DNA of 64,000 nt from a plasmid: sequence record NZ_CP069608.1. One strand, 5' to 3'. The position numbers were made by a program, and so were the translations under genes. Shown in pieces: positions 17,605 through 26,047 of the stretch; position 1 is the stretch's first letter; each line of letters begins with the position of its first letter. The notes below the pieces were generated by a model that was given only the letters and a program-made list of their open reading frames with translations, did no database searches and was not told where the DNA came from.

Positions 17605-20223
17605 TTACTTCTCATCTAATTTCTTCTGTTTCTTAGACACAAGTTTACGTAAGTCTTGCCCCGTATTACGCCCAATTTGATACGAGCGCTTTGTCTTATG
17701 AAGCGTTGGTGAGCTTTCAATTCGGTTCTTGACGTTTCCTATTTTTCCTTTAACATTATCACGCACGACATGGGCGATATTCCGCGTTTCTGTCCGATGT
17801 TGATGTGGCATTGGAATATCGCTTGTGGAAGCAGGAACCGGATCTTGCTTGATGGTTTCTTTTACCTGACGAGGTTCTTGGGTAGTTGCCACTTGCCTTT
17901 GTGCTTGATCCATGTCTCTCGGCATCGTAATAGAAGGTTCATTTATTGATGAAGGAACCTTTGTACTCCCTATAGAAGAGCTGCTTTCACTCGGGCTTCC
18001 ACTATAACCGGAAGTTTGGATCTCCCCTTGAACAGGTGTACTTACACTTCCTATAGAAGAGCTGCTTTCACTCGGGCTTCCACTATAACCGGAAGTTTGG
18101 ATCTCCTCTTGAACAGGCGTACTTACACTTCCTATAGAAGAACTACTTTCACTTGGGCTTCCACTATAACCGGAAGTTTGGATCTCCTCTTGAACAGGCG
18201 TACTTACACTTCCTATAGAAGAACTACTTTCACTTGGGCTTCCACTATAACCGGAAGTTTGAATCTCCTCTTGAACAGGTGTGCTTACACTTCCTATAGA
18301 AGAACCGCCTTCACTTGGGCTACCACTATTTCCAGAAGCCTGCATTTCTTCGTGAAGAGAAGCCCCTCCATTTTCTACACTAGAAGATGTTCCTTCACTT
18401 GAGCTGTTGTCATCATAACCAGAAGCCTGCATTTCTTCATGAAGAGAAGCCCCTCCGTTTTCTACACTAGATGATGTTCCTTCACTTGAGCTGTTGTCAT
18501 CATAACCAGAAGCCTGCATTTCTTCATGAAGAGAAGCCCCTCCGTTTTCTACACTAGATGATGTTCCTTCACTTGAGCTGTTGTCATCATAACCAGAAGC
18601 CTGCATTTCCTCGTGAAGAGAAGCTCCTCCGTTTTCTACACTAGATGATGTTCCTTCACTTGAGCTGTTGTCATCATAACCAGAAGCCTGCATTTCCTCG
18701 TGAAGAGAAGCTCCTCCATTTCCTGCGATGGCTGTATTTCCTTGTTGCTCTCCTTTTCCTTGGGCGTAGTTAACATTCCCTTTTTGTCCACCTTCTTGTT
18801 GACCGGCTTCTTTGCCTGGTGCGGCTCCTTGCTTCTTACCCCCTCCCTGTTGTCCTTTAGAAGCATCGTTTCCTTTTCCATTTCCTCCTCCAACTCCTGC
18901 TTTTTTCATTTCTTCGTGTAGACTTGATTGTTGTCCATTATTCCCTTTACCTCCTACTAATCCTTTACTAAGTCCCCCAACACCTGCGGCAGCTTGAAGA
19001 GCACTGCTAGCTGCACCTTTTCCAAGACCTCCAATCCCCTTTGCAAGATCTGTTGCATTTTTGAACGTCCCTTTCGCACCATTCATGGTACTTTCCATTC
19101 CTTTCATCATCGCAAGACCTCCTGCGACTGCACCCCAGCCACTTCTGAGGCCAGCATCAATTCCGAAGAGACGCTCACACATGACCGGTCCATCTACAAC
19201 TGCAATACTAAAGGCAATCTGAAGAATAAGCGTTGTGACACCTTCTGTGTGTTCAGCTATATAAGTCATGCCTATCAGATAGACCTTCATCGAAATGAAA
19301 ATCATAATAATTACCAAGAACGTATTCAATATGTTTTGTAGAACAGTTTTTAACTTTTGTCCATCTCCTACATCCGCAGGAGCTACTAATTGAGCCAAAA
19401 TCGCATTAAACCCTAGCTCATAACATAACTTTGCTAGTTTAATAGATGTAAACAGCATCGTCATCCCTGTGACAAAAAGGGAAATTGCAATCGTCCAAAA
19501 GTTCCAGTGCCACCGATAATAAAGCTCTGGAAAGAAATCAAACCATCCATTTTCAAGCTCTACTAGGCCTTCCTTTCCATCAGGAGTAATAGCTGCTTTA
19601 TGGGTTAAAATTTCCCTCCCTTCTTTGCTCATCTCCTTATCTTCTCCTAATTTAAACTTATCATCTATTTTCTCCGTAATGTCAATCATATCAATACGGC
19701 TTTGTGGCACTTTATTGGATTCTTTAAGTTTAGGTGTTTTCCACTTATTTACATCAAATTGAGCAACATCCGTAGTATTTTGCTTAATAATCTTTTCACT
19801 AACTGTACTTTCACCCTTTAAATCAACGGCATCTATGGCCTCATCTGTAAATTTATCAGCCTTTACCATTCCTGCGTTGAGCAATAACAAAACAGCCATC
19901 GATAGAAAGATGTTAATCATAATTTGTTCTCGATTGACTTTTTTATGGATGATTAACATATAGCCGATATACAGGAAGGAAAATGCCCACAAGATATAGA
20001 GAAACGGCTGGATCTCTTTAATAAAATCTTGAATCGCAGGTGAATTGAAAAAGAGCTTAATGCCCAATACATTGTTTGTAATGCCTTCTAAACTATCCAC
20101 AAGGAAGGATAGTACTTGTATAATGCCCCACCCTATTTTTCTCAATAAATAAGAAGCAATATTTCCTTTATCAAGGTAATCAGCAAATTCATGTAGCTTT
20201 TTCAGAATCTCTTCATCTTTCAT
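17605..20223 (-). CDS. VirB6/TcpH/ConG-like polytopic T4SS membrane protein with a C-terminal serine-rich tandem-repeat domain.
   Basis: Multiple N-terminal TM helices. The C-terminal half is Gly/Ser-rich with 29-aa and 27-aa repeats. Confidence 0.6.
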   Translation of the reverse strand: MKDEEILKKLHEFADYLDKGNIASYLLRKIGWGIIQVLSFLVDSLEGITNNVLGIKLFFNSPAIQDFIKEIQPFLYILWAFSFLYIGYMLIIHKKVNREQIMINIFLSMAVLLLLNAGMVKADKFTDEAIDAVDLKGESTVSEKIIKQNTTDVAQFDVNKWKTPKLKESNKVPQSRIDMIDITEKIDDKFKLGEDKEMSKEGREILTHKAAITPDGKEGLVELENGWFDFFPELYYRWHWNFWTIAISLFVTGMTMLFTSIKLAKLCYELGFNAILAQLVAPADVGDGQKLKTVLQNILNTFLVIIMIFISMKVYLIGMTYIAEHTEGVTTLILQIAFSIAVVDGPVMCERLFGIDAGLRSGWGAVAGGLAMMKGMESTMNGAKGTFKNATDLAKGIGGLGKGAASSALQAAAGVGGLSKGLVGGKGNNGQQSSLHEEMKKAGVGGGNGKGNDASKGQQGGGKKQGAAPGKEAGQQEGGQKGNVNYAQGKGEQQGNTAIAGNGGASLHEEMQASGYDDNSSSEGTSSSVENGGASLHEEMQASGYDDNSSSEGTSSSVENGGASLHEEMQASGYDDNSSSEGTSSSVENGGASLHEEMQASGYDDNSSSEGTSSSVENGGASLHEEMQASGNSGSPSEGGSSIGSVSTPVQEEIQTSGYSGSPSESSSSIGSVSTPVQEEIQTSGYSGSPSESSSSIGSVSTPVQEEIQTSGYSGSPSESSSSIGSVSTPVQGEIQTSGYSGSPSESSSSIGSTKVPSSINEPSITMPRDMDQAQRQVATTQEPRQVKETIKQDPVPASTSDIPMPHQHRTETRNIAHVVRDNVKGKIGNVKNRIESSPTLHKTKRSYQIGRNTGQDLRKLVSKKQKKLDEK
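17950..18330. repeat. About 4.7 tandem copies of an 81-bp coding repeat (SGSPSESSSSIGSVSTPVQEEIQTSGY).
   Basis: Near-identical 81-bp units are visible in the nucleotide sequence. Confidence 0.8.
18330..18740. repeat. About 4.7 tandem copies of an 87-bp coding repeat (GGASLHEEMQASGYDDNSSSEGTSSSVEN).
   Basis: Near-identical 87-bp units are visible in the nucleotide sequence. Confidence 0.8.
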
Positions 20224-20246
20224 TCTCTTGCCTCCTTTCTACATCT

Positions 20247-20453
20247 TTACAATCCTTGAAATAAGGCATCTACCGTCATATTTAATCGCTGATTGAGAAG
20301 AGAAACACGAATTTGAATCGGTGCTTCTCCTCTTCTTCCTTTTTCAAGATGGACAGTGCCATCTAATAAGCCGATTGCGATCTGTCTCCCTTCCTGTACA
20401 AGAGGCGAATACGCCTCTAAAATTTGTTCTAACTCCTTTGAAATAGCTCTCAT
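20247..20453 (-). CDS. Hypothetical small soluble protein.
   Basis: 68-aa ORF between the coupling protein and the VirB6-like gene. Confidence 0.3.
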   Translation of the reverse strand: MRAISKELEQILEAYSPLVQEGRQIAIGLLDGTVHLEKGRRGEAPIQIRVSLLNQRLNMTVDALFQGL

Positions 20454-20478
20454 CCTGTTTCCCCTCCTTTAATATACG

Positions 20479-21390
20479 TTAGTTTTTGGCATGTTCTTTA
20501 TCTTGCTGACATTGTATTAAGATCTTATTAATCGTTTCTTCAATGAGCTGATAATCTTGTTCATCCAGCTGATCTGCATAAGCTGATCCCATAAACGCGT
20601 CGTAAAAAGCTCCCATCGACTGTTGTTTAAATACTTCAGATGGGATAGATAAGGAAGGAGCGACTGTGGTTTGCATATATGTCCATACTCCTTCATCCAA
20701 TGAAAAGAATGCTTCAACCGTTTGACTTTTCCAGTTCTCACTATTCACATCGGCAAAAGGTTGATCCTTCTCTTCTACAGATGATTCTTCTTGTAACTCC
20801 TCTTCTTTTACTGGTTCTGGCTCTTGTTTGGCTTGTTTTTGGAAGGAGAAGAAGTTTTCAATCACTAATTCTCTTGGATTCACTTCCTTATGCAATGATT
20901 CAATATCAATGTCTAACAGCGAACGATCCGTGTTAAAATCGTCTCCAAGATATTCCCATCGGTATTTAAGAGCCGTTTTTCCTGTGTTATGAATGGGATG
21001 AGCCTTAATACGGCGGCGTGATTGGTCTTGACGTTTGACGACACGCACCACGACGCTTTCTCCTTCTTTCAGTTCCATCAGCTCGTTGGGTGTTAATAAT
21101 GGCTTAGCATCCACACCCTCCGTCTTATTTTTATCAGTTGATAAGGTCTTTCCACTTCGAGACATAGAATTGATGGTCCCGTCTCCTAACTTCTTTGAAA
21201 TTTCTTGTGCTGTTTCATAGTTATTCGTTAAAATATAAATGGTGTTTCCGCAGTTCCCTTCAATCGTAGCTGCGTCTTCACCATATTTATTTTTGAGCTG
21301 CGGATAGGCTTGAATCACTAAGTTGAAGCGTATATTTCGTCCTAAACAAACCGTGATAATGTTTGCCATTCCTTCAATCGCCGGCATATT
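20479..21390 (-). CDS. virD4: Type IV coupling protein (VirD4/TraG family), exon 2.
   Basis: Begins NMPAIEGMAN...QAYPQLKNKYGEDAATIEGNCGNTIYI, the conserved T4CP C-terminal region. It is in frame with exon 1 after intron removal. Confidence 0.75.
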   Translation of the reverse strand, partial: NMPAIEGMANIITVCLGRNIRFNLVIQAYPQLKNKYGEDAATIEGNCGNTIYILTNNYETAQEISKKLGDGTINSMSRSGKTLSTDKNKTEGVDAKPLLTPNELMELKEGESVVVRVVKRQDQSRRRIKAHPIHNTGKTALKYRWEYLGDDFNTDRSLLDIDIESLHKEVNPRELVIENFFSFQKQAKQEPEPVKEEELQEESSVEEKDQPFADVNSENWKSQTVEAFFSLDEGVWTYMQTTVAPSLSIPSEVFKQQSMGAFYDAFMGSAYADQLDEQDYQLIEETINKILIQCQQDKEHAKN

Positions 21391-23920
21391 GTAGGGTAAG
21401 AACCCGGCGCCTTAAGACCTCTCGGTCTTAGGTTTCCGAGAACTCCCCCCCGAACCGTACGTACCCCTCTCAAGGTATACGGCTCTCCGTCTCTTCAGTC
21501 TAGCTTCCCGTTATGCAGGTCACGATGACACTTTCGACAAAGTATCATTGTTTTACGGTTCCTTGCTATCATCTGTCTTTCCCATTTCTTTTTCCCTTTA
21601 AGGTTCTTTAACTTTCGAACATGATGAACTTCCATTGAACCTTCTTCAGCCTTACACCATTCACATTGATTAGCCATCAACCTTTGAATAAGGGATGTTC
21701 GGGATTGGTATGATACTTCCGAAGGAAGTTTTTCTATATCCTTTTTTGTTATAGGAGCTTTATTCCTACGAAATCCCTTATCATAAAGCACTTCTGTTTT
21801 CTTACCGGACTTTGTCATATAACTGACTTGGAATATTCCGTTCACCATAAATTTTCGTTTAGCTTTACTTAAGGTCGTACGGTACTTATTTGCTAAGGTT
21901 TTATACATAGAATATTCAAGGAGATACTTATAACTATTTAAGTGGCACACATTCACTGCCAGTTGATAATATTGATAGGTTCCACGTATTTGGGCATTAT
22001 AGTTCCTTAGAATCTCAAGAGGAACCAATTTAATTAATTCCGGACGATGCATTGGTTTCCATTTTCCTGTCTTTTGGTTGACCTTTATTGCCCCTTTTTT
22101 AAATAAGCGACTATAAACAAGATCAGTAGGCATATATAGTTCGCACTTTAACGAAAATGCTCTTGTTTTTATTCCATCACTTCGTCGTTTAGAGTGAAAA
22201 TCTCGCCCAACTTTAACGTCATAACCTAAAAATCGAGCCTTATGCCTCGTATTTGTTATAAGTGTTTTCTCCTCGGATAACGTTAGCTTAAGTTCAGATT
22301 TCAAGAAATTAGCGATGTCTTTCTTTGCTCTACACGCATCTTCCTTACTCCCAATGACTCCAATCAGAAAGTCATCTGCGTATCTCACATATTGAATTCG
22401 TTTGTAGTTTTCATCCATTGGATACCGTTGGGGAGTGCGTTCTCTTTCAGCTAATAACTGGCGTATCCTATTACTCAACTCTTTTTCCCGTACTTCATCT
22501 TTTTCTTTAGCTTCCCTTAGTTCTTTCTTAGCCCCACTTATCTGATGCTGAATTTTAGAATAGGCTGGATTTGTCCTTTTAGCTTTTCCTATATCAAAAG
22601 TTGACTTATATCTACTCATAAAGTTGTCTAATTCATTCAGATAGATATTTGCTAATAGAGGGCTAAGAATACCACCTTGTGGTGTACCACTAAACGTCTT
22701 ATGGAACTTCCAATCTTCCAAGTAACCAGCTCTAAGAAACTTCCATATAAGCGAAATAAATTGTTCATCATCAATCCTCTTCCTTAGGATATTGATAAGA
22801 ATATGATGATTAATATTGTCAAAAAAGCCTTCAATATCACCTTCGATGAACCATCTGCTCCCCGTAAATGTGCCTTTAACCTGAATCAGAGCTGTATGGC
22901 AGCTCTTTTCAGGGCGAAAGCCATGAGAGAACTTACTAAAAGTTGGTTCATAGATGGATTCTAATAGGTTTTTGATGACCTCTTGAACTAATTTATCTTC
23001 TACTGAAGGTATGCCTAATGGACGCTTTTTTCCATTTTTCTTTGGAATATAAACTCTTCTTACTGGTTGTGGCTGATAAGAAAAATCTCGTAATTTATCG
23101 ACTAACCCTGAGATTCTTTTTGTAGACATTCCGTCAATGGTCTTTCCATCTGTTCCAGCAGTCATGTTTCCTTCGCTGGCGTATATGTTTTGATAGGCAT
23201 CAAGGAAAAATAATGGATTGTACAGATTTCGATATAACTTCTTGTATTTATATCCTGCTTTGTTACTGTAAGATGCTAGATTTTCTAATACGATTTTTGG
23301 GCTTCGCAAGAGCCTCACGCCCCTTCCCAATTTAATATTAGTCGAAAAGACTGTTCTCCTTCGCCTTGTACGAGGCTTTCCCTCGCTCTGACTACTACGA
23401 GAACTCCGTTACCATATTGGATTTTCATGAGCCACATACCTTGCTTTTTACACTTGGTATCATCCTCAATAGCCTCCTTACGAGGCGCTCCAGGTTAGGT
23501 AATCCCCATTTAGTACATATAGAGACTAGACTCGTTATGATGTCGGATGCCACTTTCGTCCGTTACTTGTTATCCAAGTTAGTCAGTCTTTGGTCTGCCA
23601 TACGTATCACGTATGTTCAATGGAAACTTCGGAAACATTTCCATTCTTTGACTGCGAAGCGTTTCAATGACCCTTCACTTCGGGCGACGATACTCCACTT
23701 TAGACTATGGTTGAAGCAGTTTAGCCTTCATCCTTATTCACAACATTTTTTTACCTTGCCCCTCAGTCGTACCTAGGTCATTTTGGTAACTTAGGGCTTT
23801 CCTTGCATGCTCTGGTCCCCTCCGGGTTTCCCCATGTAGGTAAGCAAGGTGGTAACTGGGTTAAGCGCAGACTCCCATCTCTTGTCTAAGGAGATTCTCT
23901 ATATGCCCGTATGGGCGCAC
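21391..23920 (-). mobile_element. Group II intron (ORF-containing) inserted in the coupling-protein gene.
   Basis: 5-prime GTGCGCCCATACGGGC at 23920 on the minus strand. Domain V GAGCCGTATACCTTGAGAGGGGTACGTACGGTTCGGG. Domain VI ends ...CCCTAC at 21391. Removing it joins LLDEFG to NMPAIEG in frame. Confidence 0.8.
21495..23330 (-). CDS. Group II intron-encoded reverse transcriptase/maturase with a C-terminal HNH endonuclease.
   Basis: RT domains with YADD, an X/maturase region, and C-terminal CEWCKAEEGSMEVHHVRKLKNLKGK...CRKCH. Confidence 0.9.
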   Translation of the reverse strand: MGRGVRLLRSPKIVLENLASYSNKAGYKYKKLYRNLYNPLFFLDAYQNIYASEGNMTAGTDGKTIDGMSTKRISGLVDKLRDFSYQPQPVRRVYIPKKNGKKRPLGIPSVEDKLVQEVIKNLLESIYEPTFSKFSHGFRPEKSCHTALIQVKGTFTGSRWFIEGDIEGFFDNINHHILINILRKRIDDEQFISLIWKFLRAGYLEDWKFHKTFSGTPQGGILSPLLANIYLNELDNFMSRYKSTFDIGKAKRTNPAYSKIQHQISGAKKELREAKEKDEVREKELSNRIRQLLAERERTPQRYPMDENYKRIQYVRYADDFLIGVIGSKEDACRAKKDIANFLKSELKLTLSEEKTLITNTRHKARFLGYDVKVGRDFHSKRRSDGIKTRAFSLKCELYMPTDLVYSRLFKKGAIKVNQKTGKWKPMHRPELIKLVPLEILRNYNAQIRGTYQYYQLAVNVCHLNSYKYLLEYSMYKTLANKYRTTLSKAKRKFMVNGIFQVSYMTKSGKKTEVLYDKGFRRNKAPITKKDIEKLPSEVSYQSRTSLIQRLMANQCEWCKAEEGSMEVHHVRKLKNLKGKKKWERQMIARNRKTMILCRKCHRDLHNGKLD

Positions 23921-25648
23921 TCCAAATTCATCCAGTAAAAACACCACTTCACGGTGACACTTATTTCCTTTAGCCAGCGACGCATTTTTGGCTAATACAT
24001 AATACAGTTGACGCACAAAAATAGAGGCAATCACATGATTACTAGAATCATAGTCAGGTGTAACCATAAAGATCGCAATTGGCTTTGTAAAATACGTCAC
24101 TTCGCTTACGTGGATGTCTGGATGTTGTTTCTCTACGCGAAAAGAAGTGGTTCCTTTTTTTCGGTCTATATTATAGACCGATACAACCGTTTCATTTTTA
24201 TGATCGGTGACAATCTGATCGTTCACTTTTTCAGCAATCCGAATTTCATTTTCTTTTGGCTTAATCTCACTTGTAAAATTAAGTTCAAATAAACCTTTGG
24301 CATCCGTTTTAATACTTTCCACTTTCCCATCGGGAAAGGTCACCTCTAAACGTGTAAGAGGCATCGCTTTTCCTTTCAGGGTCTTTCCAAAGCCTACGCG
24401 CTTTAGATCCACACTATTTTTAGCCGTCATTTTTGCAATTTCGTCAAACGTGAAAATAGACAATCCATTCATCGTTTGGGTAAAGATCCCGCCCCGTGTT
24501 GTGCCTTTCGAGAAGTTTGATGTCGCATATTGCATTTTCGCGACACTATTCGTTGGTAAATCATCGAAATACATATCCAGTGCATTTTGTGTATTTCCTT
24601 TTTTATCAATCACGACTTCTTTTGATCCTAACTCTGACAACATATTAGCTACCGTGTACATCGTAATCTTTTCTTCTGTTTTTTCATTAATACACTTATC
24701 TGTTACAGCTAGAATCATGGCATTACAAAGACTCATCGCACATTGTTGCCAAAAGGGATCTTTGGCATTAGGGTTGTAGTAAAGCGTATACGATAAGGTA
24801 TTACACAATGCTTGAGCTGTTGAGTAATCGTCGTCTTTATACGTTTCTTTTATCATCTCCAATAGGTTATAGCTCATGGATTCTAATGGATTTAATAAAT
24901 TTAGAACTTCAATATGATATCCTCTCTTTTCAAGCGTTTCCTTCGAAGCTGCAAGCAATTCTGCCTTGGGATCGTTGAGGATCAACGAAGGCTGTTTTTC
25001 AGCCCTTGAATATACGTCAATCGCTGGAATGACAAAAGTTTCTCCTTTTCCTGATCGTGTAATCCCTATAATGAGATTATTTACAGGTGTATCATCAATT
25101 AATAAATGATTACGAGTCGTAAATAGTTGATGTGCTTTAAATAATTTATCCATCCCCTTTAACTTTTGATAGTCGCACCAATTGTGAATGAGATTACGCG
25201 TTTTGATACGGGATATTGGTACACCACCTCCGCCTTGATAATATTCGGTTTTTTCGGGTACTTTCCGATATTGTTTTTGAAGCTCTCGACGTGTTGTAAA
25301 GCGTCCAGATCCTTTTTGGTTTTGGTTTAAGTCTTTGAAGTTGGATCGTACATCATACGTCAATTTGGCCGTCAGTAAGCAGGAAACAAGTGCCATCATG
25401 CAGTAGATGGCTGCATACTGATGGGTGTTCATCTGCCAGAAAAACGAGAGAGACAAATGAAATGGCTGCGGATCAAACACATCACTAAACGTAGTTTGAA
25501 TGAGACTTCGCAGCGTATTGAATAAAAAGTTTAAAATCAGAAAAATAAGTACAAAAAAACAAGCACTTAAAGGAATAAGCACTTGTTTCTCAGCTATGAT
25601 ATATTTGATAGATTTAGTAGGTTGCATGCTGTACCTCCTGTTGCACAT
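23921..25648 (-). CDS. virD4: Type IV coupling protein (VirD4/TraG family), exon 1.
   Basis: N-terminal TM helices and Walker A GITRSGKGETFVIP. The ORF ends ...VVFLLDEFG immediately before the intron GTGCG. Confidence 0.75.
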
Positions 25649-26047
25649 GAGTGGACAGTGGAATCACATACGATGAGCTAGGTGTAAACAAAAAATGCGA
25701 TTGATCTCTAGCCTCATACTCTTGTTGAAGGTAATGAAAAGCTGTCTTGATGTCCCAACTGACCTCTTTCATATCCTCTTCAGTCACGATATACGCTTGA
25801 TTTCGGATAAACTCCTCTCTCTCTTGATGAGTAAGTACTGATAATTCTAGAGGCGGTAACTTAGGCTTTATACATACTCTAAACTTATATGCGTGTTTGA
25901 GAAAATCATCATTAATCGTGATTGAATCAGCATTTTTGAAAATAACTACCATGTGATCTTTCAGAAGAATAATACTGTTTACACTATTCACAATCCGTTG
26001 GGCATGAAGAGGAGTCGTATGGAACGTTCCCAACTCTAATTGTGCCG
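25614..26047 (-). CDS. Conjugation-operon protein of unknown function, exon 2 (spliced product about 171 aa).
   Basis: Frame continuity with exon 1 (28783-28864) after intron removal gives ...EDLFL|AAQLELGTFHTTPLHAQRIV.... Confidence 0.45.

Noticed and set aside
18016-18402. 128-aa plus-strand ORF (repetitive LLLNRRTYTSYRRT units) opposite the VirB6-like gene.
   Set aside because: It is the antisense reading of the 81-bp tandem repeat, so it is a repeat artefact with no start context.
18812-18997. Pro-rich 61-aa plus-strand ORF.
   Set aside because: Antisense to the Gly-rich coding region of the VirB6-like gene. Compositional shadow ORF.
23366-23776. 136-aa plus-strand ORF.
   Set aside because: Lies within domains I-III of the group II intron RNA on the opposite strand. 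Structured RNA, not coding.
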